From the IMG/VR virus record IMGVR_UViG_2529292830_000010: 10,016 nucleotides of DNA, one strand, 5' to 3'. Positions 1 to 6,801 of the stretch are shown piece by piece. Origin of the DNA: a virus. Taxonomy: Duplodnaviria; Heunggongvirae; Uroviricota; Caudoviricetes. Numbering within the stretch: the first letter of the stretch is position 1; each line of letters opens with the position of its first letter. Position numbers and translations under genes: made by a program. The notes beneath the pieces are model-generated. The model was not told the origin of the DNA and made no database searches. It worked only from the letters and a program-made list of their open reading frames with translations.

Positions 1-1
1 G

Positions 2-850
2 CAGACGATGCAGGGGCGGGTACTTGATGGTGATTTAATCACTGGATGGGAAAAACGCCAGGTGCTTAAAGAGGACAACGGCAATATTTCGCAAACCGCA
101 AAATCTCCTGCAGAGCGCAAGAGGGCGCAGCGAGAGAGGGAAAGAAAGCGGGAACAAAATGGCGATTGTCACGGCGCGTCACGAAATGTCACGCATATGT
201 CACGACGAGTCACGACAGATAAAGATACAGATAAAGATACAGATCAAGAAGATCAAAACACTATGGTCCATGGCGTAAAAAACGCCACGAACCAGGCAGG
301 GGATGTTCAGACCGTCAATCTTGGTCAGCCAGCAGGCACGACACCGGAAGCCGATTCAGCGTATGCGCTGAAAGCCGATTCGGGCGCTGTGCAGCAGGTG
401 ATGACCGCAAGGCCGGAGCAATCACACCAACTGCAGCAGCCCGAAGCCGATTCCGCCATTCAGCGGGAAGCCGATCGGGTAGTCCCGGAAAACACCGGGC
501 AGTCTGTGGGACGAGTGGATTATCCGGATGTGTTCGAACAGGTCTGGCGGGAGTACCCGTTGCGTGCCGGAGCAAACCCGAAGAAATCCGCTTTCAGTGC
601 CTGGAAGGCCAGATTACGCGAGGGGGTGCCACCAGAGGCCATGCTGGATGGCGTGAGGCGTTACGCAAGATACTTGGCGGCTACCGGGAAAACGGGAACG
701 GAATTTGTTCAGCGAGCGACGACGTTTTTTGGACCGGACCGGAATTTTGAGAACCCCTGGTTGCTCCCGGTAAGCGGCACGAACAACCAGCGTTGTGTGA
801 ATCATATTTCTGAACCGGATAACGAAATTCCGCCGGGCTTCAGGGGGTAA
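2..850 (+). CDS. Phage replication protein with DnaT-like (primosomal protein I) C-terminal domain; probably 5'-partial, continuing upstream of the window (first in-frame ATG at 8)
   Basis: Long ORF in frame 2 with no stop from position 2. C-terminus ...NHISEPDNEIPPGFRG closely matches the recalled E. coli DnaT C-terminus ...VSEPDSQIPPGFRG. Internal PEADSA-type peptide repeats. Iteron-like array inside the gene at 168-214. Confidence 0.7.
   Translation, partial: QTMQGRVLDGDLITGWEKRQVLKEDNGNISQTAKSPAERKRAQRERERKREQNGDCHGASRNVTHMSRRVTTDKDTDKDTDQEDQNTMVHGVKNATNQAGDVQTVNLGQPAGTTPEADSAYALKADSGAVQQVMTARPEQSHQLQQPEADSAIQREADRVVPENTGQSVGRVDYPDVFEQVWREYPLRAGANPKKSAFSAWKARLREGVPPEAMLDGVRRYARYLAATGKTGTEFVQRATTFFGPDRNFENPWLLPVSGTNNQRCVNHISEPDNEIPPGFRG
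168..214. repeat. Five direct GTCACG repeats spaced 10-11 bp apart (iteron-like, candidate origin/initiator binding array)
   Basis: GTCACG at 168, 178, 188, 199 and 209, giving one repeat per helical turn, embedded in the replication gene. Confidence 0.5.
215..253. repeat. A-rich tandem repeat (ACAGATAAAGAT x2 plus a degenerate third copy) directly after the iteron-like array
   Basis: Perfect 12-bp tandem duplication at 215-226 and 227-238, followed by acagatcaagaagat. Encodes TDKDTDKDTDQEDQ. Resembles the A/T-rich unwinding region that follows iterons. Confidence 0.45.
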
Positions 851-890
851 GTGTTAATTTCTGGTCATGAGGTAATTTTCAGGAGGGCTT

Positions 891-1313
891 GTGGCAAAAG
901 TTTTTACACAAGAAGAGCGGGAAAAAATTAAAGGGCAGGTTGTTGAACTCGTACGCCAAAGTGGGCGCGAGACGTTACGACAACTGGAAACTAAAACTGG
1001 GGCAACAAGATATCTGATGAGCGTTCTGGCCAGAGAGCTGGTTGCCAGTGGCGATGTATACAACTCTGGTTACGGGTTATTCCCGTCTGAACAGGCGCGT
1101 AAGGACTGGCAAAATGCCCGTAAAAAGCTCTCAAGGGCAAAGCCGAAGAAACCATCTGCGGTTGATCCGGACCTAATCTGGTCATTACCAGACGGAGAAA
1201 TACGCCGCTACGACAGGCGCCTGAATATAATCTGTCGCGAGTGCCGGAAGAGCGAAGCTATGCAGCGTGTACTGGCTTTCTATCAGGGTAATTTTCAGGA
1301 GGCGGTACTGTGA
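891..1313 (+). CDS. Hypothetical phage protein (140 aa), possible helix-turn-helix
   Basis: ORF with GTG start at 891 preceded by AGGAGG (881-886). Basic C-terminal half. No family recognised with confidence. Confidence 0.55.
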   Translation: MAKVFTQEEREKIKGQVVELVRQSGRETLRQLETKTGATRYLMSVLARELVASGDVYNSGYGLFPSEQARKDWQNARKKLSRAKPKKPSAVDPDLIWSLPDGEIRRYDRRLNIICRECRKSEAMQRVLAFYQGNFQEAVL

Positions 1314-1727
1314 GTGAAATTAGCTATCAGGCTTCAATTGCCGCTGGCATTCGCATCAAAGGAGAGGAGCATGGAAATAAAACCAGAGGATTAGTTAAGC
1401 AATATCGTTTTATTTCCGATAAAAGAGGATGACCCTCGTAATCAGGTTAATTTTCTTTATGAGCCATCGGAAAGACCATATTGCCATCACGCTTCTGTCC
1501 GGGTTGACGAAAAAGAGCGTCAGGTCCGCTGTAAAATCTGCGGTGCAGTTGTGGAGCCATTTGACTGGATGCTCTCTGTGGCGAAAAGAGAAACCAGACT
1601 GGCAGATGATGTAAGGCTCTTGCGCCAGGAGGAACGGGAAAGGCGAAAAAATACAGAAAAGCTAATTCAGATTGAGCGTAACGGGAAAGCGTGGATACGC
1701 AGGGTGACAAAATCCAAAACTGAATAA
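1310..1727 (+). pseudogene. Frameshifted small phage gene: N-terminal part in frame 2 (1310-1432, VSEISYQ...), remainder in frame 0 (1395-1727, with CHH...CKIC zinc-ribbon-like motif)
   Basis: GTG at 1310 with AGGAGG at 1297-1302. Frame 2 stops at 1430-1432. Frame 0 is open from 1395 to TAA at 1725-1727 and reads like real protein but has no ATG/GTG/TTG start before 1549. N-terminus is paralogous to the ORF at 2169. Confidence 0.4.
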
Positions 1728-1820
1728 TTAAATTTAGCACTGTTAAAAATTTAATCCTTAACCGGAGGGATTTCTGCACCCTCAGAACAGCAGGAGGCCA
1801 CCCGAAAGGGCGGTAGTGAA

Positions 1821-2003
1821 ATGCGAAAGTTCAAAATAATTATTGAAACGGGAATGGCTGGTGGAGATTTCGAGGATGAATTCGAAGTGGATGCTGATGC
1901 GACGCCTGATGAAATACATGACGAAGCAAAAGATATTTTCTTTAACTACTGCAATTACTCATATCACGAAATAAAAGACGAAGAGGAAGAGCAAAATGGC
2001 TGA
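1821..2003 (+). CDS. Small highly acidic protein (60 aa)
   Basis: ATG ORF with about 18 Asp/Glu against 5 Lys/Arg. Stop overlaps the next ORF start (ATGGCTGA). Confidence 0.5.
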   Translation: MRKFKIIIETGMAGGDFEDEFEVDADATPDEIHDEAKDIFFNYCNYSYHEIKDEEEEQNG

Positions 2004-2172
2004 TTTTGGTTCAACTAAATACAACGTCAGTTTTGAAAAATGGCATGAACTGTTAATGGACTATGCAGAGTTACGTGGTGGCAGTGCTGCTGATGCTGAA
2101 GCATGGCGTGATGATTATGAAGCAGGAAAAAATCCGGTCGAAGCATATTGTGATGAGTGGGGCGATGAATGA
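1996..2172 (+). CDS. Small acidic protein (58 aa; MADFGSTKYNVSFEKWHELL...)
   Basis: ATG at 1996 overlapping the upstream stop. Its own stop overlaps the next ATG (ATGA at 2169-2172). Below the 60-aa cutoff of the ORF track. Confidence 0.4.
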   Translation: MADFGSTKYNVSFEKWHELLMDYAELRGGSAADAEAWRDDYEAGKNPVEAYCDEWGDE

Positions 2173-2456
2173 GCGAGATTAATTATCAGGAAGGGTATGA
2201 AACGGCGGAGCAAGCAAAACCAGTGGCATGGCGATATCGCTACGTGAAAAAAGGCGTTACGGACTTTCAGGAGAAGTAGTGGTCTGTTGACTGGAAATAT
2301 GTACCGAAAAAAGAGGATTGTAACGACAGGCCGAACTATCAAATTCAGGCCTTATTCACTGCCTCACCAGCCCTGGTTACATCAGAAGAACTGGTTAAAG
2401 CTGTGCACTTTTATGAACAACTAAAACGCGAAAATCCACCAACATCCGGCAACTAG
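2169..2456 (+). pseudogene. Small phage gene with in-frame amber (TAG at 2277-2279); N-terminus MSEINYQ paralogous to the ORF at 1310
   Basis: Single frame open from ATG 2169 to TAG 2454-2456 apart from the internal TAG at 2277-2279. No plausible restart codon after the TAG. Shares the KED-containing motif with frame 0 of the 1310 gene. Confidence 0.4.
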
Positions 2457-2710
2457 ATTAATGGGTTAACTATGTCGGTTAAACGACCAGCCAACTGAAA
2501 AAGCGGAAACCTGATTATAGGTTGCCAGATAAGGCAATAAGCTACCTGGCGCGGAACGGACTGATAAGTATGGGGAGTGTTTTACGATGAACCTTTAGAC
2601 TAAAGAGTTTGTAACGCTATGTAAGTGATTTTTTCTAGTTTAGATATTTATATGTCCGGCCAAATTGAGGTGTGTTTAAATGTAATTGCACATTGATTGT
2701 AGGAGGAATA

Positions 2711-2890
2711 ATGAAAAACGCATTGCAGTTTTTGTTTGTTGCGTTCTGGTTGTTCGTATCATGTATGCCCATCATCTTCACAGCAAGGTATATGGAAAAA
2801 GTTGATGTTTTGATATTAATATTTGGATATATAAATGCCCTTTTTTTAGGGGTGTTCATGGCGGTCATGTGCATTGAATACTGGCGGTAA
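2711..2890 (+). CDS. Small membrane protein with two predicted TM helices (59 aa)
   Basis: ATG at 2711 preceded by AGGAGG (2701-2706). Two hydrophobic stretches (LQFLFVAFWLFVSCMPIIF and VLILIFGYINALFLGVFMAVMCI). AT-rich island. Confidence 0.5.
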   Translation: MKNALQFLFVAFWLFVSCMPIIFTARYMEKVDVLILIFGYINALFLGVFMAVMCIEYWR

Positions 2891-2945
2891 ATACAGCGAA
2901 CTCCATTGGTTTAGTTGGATATTTATTGTGCTGGACAAAAACGGT

Positions 2946-2973
2946 TTGCGGGGAAATCTTAGTTAAGTAGAAT
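2946..2973 (+). promoter_or_regulatory. Candidate sigma70 promoter for the hok mRNA (-35 TTGCGG, 16-bp spacer, -10 TAGAAT)
   Basis: Hexamers at 2946-2951 and 2968-2973. Predicted transcript from about 2980 to the terminator at 3397 is about 420 nt, typical for hok mRNAs. Confidence 0.3.
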
Positions 2974-3091
2974 GACTGCGGGTGCTTGAGGCTATCTGCC
3001 TCGGGCATGAACACCAACGGCAGATAGAGAAAAGCCCCAGGTAACATTACGCGTCCTGCAAGACGTTTAACATTAATCTGAGGCCATATCT

Positions 3092-3151
3092 ATGCGACAC
3101 ATAGAGATTAGCCTCTTACGGACCGAAAGGTCAAGGAGAAGCAGGCTATGA
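3092..3151 (+). CDS. mok-like upstream ORF (19 aa) whose stop overlaps the hok start
   Basis: ATG 3092 with GAGG 8 nt upstream. TGA at 3149-3151 overlaps the hok ATG at 3148-3150. Confidence 0.3.
   Translation: MRHIEISLLRTERSRRSRL
3105..3134 (-). promoter_or_regulatory. Candidate sok antisense promoter (minus strand: -35 TTGACC, 18-bp spacer, -10 TAATCT)
   Basis: Reverse complement of 3129-3134 and 3105-3110. The predicted antisense transcript would start near 3098 and cover the mok start and SD (3079-3094), as expected for Sok. Confidence 0.3.
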
Positions 3152-3303
3152 AGCAGCAAAAGGCGATGTTAATCGCCCTGATCGTCATCTGTTTAACCGT
3201 CATAGTGACGGCACTGGTAACGAGGAAAGACCTCTGCGAGGTACGAATCCGAACCGGCCAGACGGAGGTCGCTGTCTTCACAGTCTACGAACCTGAGGAG
3301 TAA
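3148..3303 (+). CDS. hokD: Hok family type I toxin (51 aa), HokD/RelF-like
   Basis: Translation MKQQKAMLIALIVICLTVIVTALVTRKDLCEVRIRTGQTEVAVFTVYEPEE is near-identical to my recollection of E. coli HokD (RelF). Single TM helix plus the conserved C-terminal Cys-containing periplasmic tail. Confidence 0.85.
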   Translation: MKQQKAMLIALIVICLTVIVTALVTRKDLCEVRIRTGQTEVAVFTVYEPEE

Positions 3304-3373
3304 GAGACTTGGCGAGGGAGAAATCCCTCGCCACCTCTGATGTGTCAGGCATCCTCAATGCACCCGCACTTAA

Positions 3374-3397
3374 CCCGCTTCGGCGGGTTTATTTTAT
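3374..3397 (+). terminator. Rho-independent terminator at the hok mRNA 3' end
   Basis: Stem CCCGC / GCGGG with loop TTCG, followed by TTTATTTTAT. Confidence 0.6.
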
Positions 3398-3579
3398 CTG
3401 TAAATATTTTTATAAAAATAATGCCCACACACAGCATAAAACAAAAAGTATCACAGATAAAAAAGGAGCGTAATGTGCAGATTTGTTGTTTTCCATATTT
3501 ACTCACTTTAACATAATCAATATTGATATGGTTGTTGTTTCGGTGGTTTCAAACGAGATGTTATGGTGATCTGGTAAAA

Positions 3580-3608
3580 TTGCATAACATTAAAATTTAA
3601 TTTATCTA
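3580..3608 (+). promoter_or_regulatory. Candidate promoter in the AT-rich intergenic region (-35 TTGCAT, 17-bp spacer, -10 TATCTA)
   Basis: Hexamer match only; lies upstream of the rem-like/DUF968/rusA/Q gene block. Confidence 0.25.
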
Positions 3609-3761
3609 ATCGCTTTTAATAATAAGCGTTGTGTTTATCCCAACAATCTGTTGTTTGACTTTTATTCCATTAATGTAGGGGCTTTACACTGGAACCAGTT
3701 TATTTATACTTTATACGCCAGCCTGAACAACTGGCACCTGCTGCGCCAGCAGAGACAACCG

Positions 3762-4040
3762 ATGGCGCACGATACCAAATTACACAATTCTGATGATTCT
3801 GCCGTCTTTGCCAGCAGGTGCGGACGGCGTTTTCATGCATTCAAATCGGACTGGTTCCAGCATCCACCATGCACTGAAGAGCAGGCTGAATGGATAATTC
3901 AGTGTTACCGCAGGCGCGGATACGAGGTTAAAAAAGCCCTTAGCCTCGACTACCGTCACTGGATAATCTCAGTCAGATTGCCTTACTCCGAACGCCCGCC
4001 GCGTCCGTCCCACACATTCCAGCAACGCATCTGGAGGTAA
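3762..4040 (+). CDS. Hypothetical phage protein (92 aa from ATG 3762; the ORF is open from TTG 3651), at the position occupied by rem upstream of ydfU in Qin
   Basis: Its stop TAA at 4038-4040 lies inside the RBS region of the next gene (GGAGG 4033-4037, GTG 4042), i.e. translationally coupled. The start is uncertain. Confidence 0.5.
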   Translation: MAHDTKLHNSDDSAVFASRCGRRFHAFKSDWFQHPPCTEEQAEWIIQCYRRRGYEVKKALSLDYRHWIISVRLPYSERPPRPSHTFQQRIWR

Positions 4041-4041
4041 C

Positions 4042-5090
4042 GTGCGGGTATTACTTCGACCTGTTCTGGTACCGGAACTCGGGCTGGTGATCGTTAAGCC
4101 GGGCCGTGAATCCATGCCGGTATTCCACAATACCCGGTTACTGGTGGAGCCGGAACCGAAAAGCATGCGTAATCTGCCGTCCGGGGTCGTTCCTGCCGCT
4201 CGCCAGCCGCTGGTGGAAGACAAAACATTGCTGCCGTTTTTCAGTAACGCACGGGTGATTCGTGCTGCTGGTGGTGCTGGTGCATTGTCTGACTGGCTGT
4301 TGCGCCATATTAAATCCTGCCAGTGGCCACACGGCGATTATCATCACAGCGAAACCGTCATTCACCGTTATGGTACCGGCGCAATGGTGTTGTGCTGGCA
4401 CTGCGACAACCAGCTGCGTGACCAGACATCCGAATCACTCGAGCAACTTGCTCATCAAAACCTGTCAGCATGGATGATTGACGTCATCGGTCACGCAATA
4501 AGCGGTACGCAGGAGCGTGAATTATCTCTGGCTGAATTATCCTGGTGGGCGGTCCGCAATCAGGTGGCGGACGCGCTACCGGAAGCGGTATTACGTCGTT
4601 CGCTGGGGTTGCGTGCGGAAAAATCCGCTCAATGTACCGTGAAAGCGACATCGTACCGGGAGAGCAGACCGCCACCAGCATACTGAAACAGCGCACAAAA
4701 AATCTTGCGCCGCTGCCTCACGCCCACCAGCAACAGAACCCACCACAGGAAAAGACGGTGGTCAGCATTGCCGTTGATCCTGAGTCTCCGGAATCTTTTA
4801 TGAAACGACCTAAACGTCGCCGCTGGGTTAACGAGAAATACACACGCTGGGTGAAGACACAGCCGTGTGCGTGTTGTGGTAAGCCAGCCGACGATCCCCA
4901 TCACCTGATTGGTTATGGTCAGGGCGGAATGGGGACAAAATCTCACGATATTTTCACGCTACCGCTGTGTCGGGAGCATCACAACGAGCTTCATGCGGAT
5001 CCGCTGGCGTTCGAAGAAAAGCATGGTTCTCAGGTTGATTTAATTTTTCGTTTTCTTGATCACGCCTTTGCAACTGGCGTGCTTGGGTAA
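4042..5090 (+). pseudogene. DUF968 (YdfU-like) protein gene split by a frameshift at an A5 run (4619-4623); would encode about 349 aa if repaired
   Basis: Two overlapping ORFs (4042-4686 frame 1, 4545-5090 frame 0) that together match the DUF968 architecture. C-terminal part has the Cys/His-rich motif CACCGKP...HHLIGYG...CREHHNELH. Confidence 0.65.
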
Positions 5091-5102
5091 AAGAGGTGAC
5101 TG

Positions 5103-5459
5103 ATGCTCATAGATTTGGTTTTACCTTACCCGCCGACGGTGAACACTTACTGGCGACGCCGTGGCAGCACATATTTTATCTCGGAGGAGGGAAAGCGTTA
5201 TCGCCGGGCCGTGGCGCTTATTGTTCGCCAGCAGCGGCTGAAATTAAGCCTGTCCGGAAGGCTGGCGATAAAGGTGATTGCAGAGCCACCGGATAAGCGT
5301 CGTCGCGACCTGGACAATATCCTGAAAGCACCGCTGGATGCGCTGACGCATGCGGGAGTGTTAATGGACGATGAGCAGTTTGATGAAATCAATATCGTTC
5401 GTGGTCAGCCAGTATCTGGTGGACGTCTGGGGGTGAAGATTTACCCCATAATGCATTAA
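5103..5459 (+). CDS. rusA: RusA-family Holliday junction resolvase (118 aa)
   Basis: ATG 5103 with AGAGGTGA RBS. Conserved motif RRRDLDN and similar length and layout to E. coli RusA. Confidence 0.9.
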   Translation: MLIDLVLPYPPTVNTYWRRRGSTYFISEEGKRYRRAVALIVRQQRLKLSLSGRLAIKVIAEPPDKRRRDLDNILKAPLDALTHAGVLMDDEQFDEINIVRGQPVSGGRLGVKIYPIMH

Positions 5460-5473
5460 GAGCAGGTCAAAAA

Positions 5474-6295
5474 ATGAAACTGGAAGATTTACCGAAATAC
5501 TACTCCCCAAAATCCCCTGGCCTGACCGATGCATCGGCCTCAACGTCAAAAGATGCGCTGAGTATCACTGATGTGATGGCCGCGCAGGGCATGACACAGA
5601 ATCGGGCTGAGATGGGTTTTTCTGCGTTCCTGGGGAAAATGGGCATCAGTATGAATGACAGGGCGCGGGCAACAGAATTACTGGCAGATTATGCACTCAG
5701 TCGGTGCGATCGTGTGGCGGCGTTGAGAAAACTTCCGGCAGAAATAAAACCGGTAGTGATGCGCATTATGGCTTCGTACGCTTTTGAGGATTATGCCCGT
5801 AGCGCAGCGAGTAAAAAGCAGTGCCCTTGTTGCTATGGGGAAAAATTTATTGAAAGCGTAGTTTTTACAAACAAGGTCCAGTATCCGGATGGTAAGCCGC
5901 CGGTATGGGCAAAGTGTACGAAAGGTGTGTATTCGTCTTACTGGGAAGAATGGAAAAAAGTCAGGGAGGTGGTAAAAGTTGCCTGTCCGGAGTGTGGCGG
6001 AAAGGGTGAGGTTTCCACCGCCTGTAAGGATTGCCGTGGGCGTGGTGTCGCCATTCATCGTGAAGAGTCGGTAAAACGTGGTATGCCTGTTATCAGAGAC
6101 TGCCAGCGTTGTGGTGGTCGTGGCTATGAAAGACTACCATCAACGGAGGCATTTAATGCTATATGCGAGGTGACAAACCAGATAACACGCGCGTCATGGG
6201 AAAAAACAGTTAAGAAATTCTATGATGCGCTGGTGACCCGGTTTGATATTGAAGAAGCATGGGCTGAGCGGCAGTTAAAAAAGGTAACTAGGTAA
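5474..6295 (+). CDS. Late-gene antitermination protein Q (large QuuQ/YdfT-type, 273 aa) with DnaJ-like CxxCxGxG zinc-finger motifs
   Basis: Sits immediately upstream of a PR'-like promoter and terminator. Motifs CPECGGKG, CKDCRGRG and CQRCGGRG. Resembles my recollection of E. coli QuuQ (YdfT). Confidence 0.85.
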   Translation: MKLEDLPKYYSPKSPGLTDASASTSKDALSITDVMAAQGMTQNRAEMGFSAFLGKMGISMNDRARATELLADYALSRCDRVAALRKLPAEIKPVVMRIMASYAFEDYARSAASKKQCPCCYGEKFIESVVFTNKVQYPDGKPPVWAKCTKGVYSSYWEEWKKVREVVKVACPECGGKGEVSTACKDCRGRGVAIHREESVKRGMPVIRDCQRCGGRGYERLPSTEAFNAICEVTNQITRASWEKTVKKFYDALVTRFDIEEAWAERQLKKVTR

Positions 6296-6300
6296 CAAGG

Positions 6301-6328
6301 TTGATTTTTCCGGAATCTGTGGTAAATT
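6301..6328 (+). promoter_or_regulatory. Late promoter PR'-like (-35 TTGATT, 16-bp spacer, TG-extended -10 TAAATT); the Q-utilisation site is expected to overlap it
   Basis: Hexamers at 6301-6306 and 6323-6328 directly after the Q stop and upstream of a short-leader terminator. Confidence 0.5.
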
Positions 6329-6377
6329 CGTCATAACAATGGGCTTTTTATGCCTGACGTTAGAGGAGTTTCTACAA

Positions 6378-6400
6378 CCCGCCGCCGAGCGGGTTTTTTA
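6378..6400 (+). terminator. tR'-like rho-independent terminator
   Basis: Stem CCCGC (6378-6382) / GCGGG (6389-6393) followed by TTTTTTAT, about 50-60 nt downstream of the PR'-like promoter. Confidence 0.6.
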
Positions 6401-6438
6401 TTGCGGAATTAATTACGGACCGTTATTATTCTGCTCCC

Positions 6439-6514
6439 GGCCCTTTAGCTCAGTGGTGAGAGCGAGCGACTCATAATCGCCAGGTCGCTGGTTCAAATCC
6501 AGCAAGGGCCACCA
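6439..6514 (+). tRNA. tRNA-Ile (anticodon CAU, lysidine-type; ileX/ileZ-like), CCA encoded
   Basis: Cloverleaf folds by hand: acceptor GGCCCTT/AAGGGCC, T-arm GCTGG-TTCAAAT-CCAGC, anticodon loop CTCATAA. Near-identical to recalled E. coli ileX. Confidence 0.9.
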
Positions 6515-6614
6515 TCACAAACCGCCATTAGCTTATCAGGAAGAGCAGACGACACGATAACAGGGTTGTTGGTGCGGGGGCGGGTCCCCGATGGCGGTCC
6601 ATTATCGGTATTCA

Positions 6615-6688
6615 GCGTTGTTAGCTCAGCCGGACAGAGCAATTGCCTTCTAAGCAATCGGTCACTGGTTCGAATCCAGTACAGCGCG
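6615..6688 (+). tRNA. tRNA-Arg (anticodon UCU)
   Basis: Acceptor GCGTTGT/ACAGCGC, D-arm GCTC...GAGC, anticodon arm ATTGC-CTTCTAA-GCAAT, T-arm ACTGG-TTCGAAT-CCAGT. CCA not encoded. Confidence 0.85.
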
Positions 6689-6801
6689 CTATATTCATTC
6701 TTCCAGATTCCTTCCGGCAGAGCCTTATACTGAAATATACCTGGCTCAGGATATTGTTGAAAATATTTTATGTTTGTCAAAAATAAAAGTTCTGTTAAGT
6801 A

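Noticed and set aside
315-1185. Minus-strand ORFs 315-575, 614-805, 854-1063 and 991-1185
   Set aside because: They lie antisense to the replication gene and the 891-1313 gene, with no RBS or recognisable product; shadow ORFs in GC-rich coding sequence.
1429-1779. Track ORFs 1429-1614 (+) and 1447-1779 (-)
   Set aside because: The protein-like reading here is frame 0 (1395-1727, zinc-ribbon-like), which the track missed for lack of a start codon; these two are out-of-frame or antisense overlaps of it.
2115-3047. Minus-strand ORFs 2115-2342, 2635-2874 and 2865-3047, and the TTG/ATG extension 2672-2710
   Set aside because: Antisense to better-supported plus-strand genes or to the hok leader; the membrane protein most plausibly starts at ATG 2711 behind AGGAGG.
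3473-3511. 12-codon ORF (MCRFVVFHIYSL) behind an AAGGAG motif
   Set aside because: Too short to support without conservation evidence; possibly a leader peptide but not callable.
3969-6058. Track ORFs overlapping the DUF968, rusA and Q genes (3969-4223-, 4138-4401-, 4262-4477+, 4484-4696-, 4629-4946-, 5096-5296+, 5198-5392-, 5361-5549-, 5678-6058-)
   Set aside because: Alternative-frame or antisense overlaps of genes with clear family assignments.
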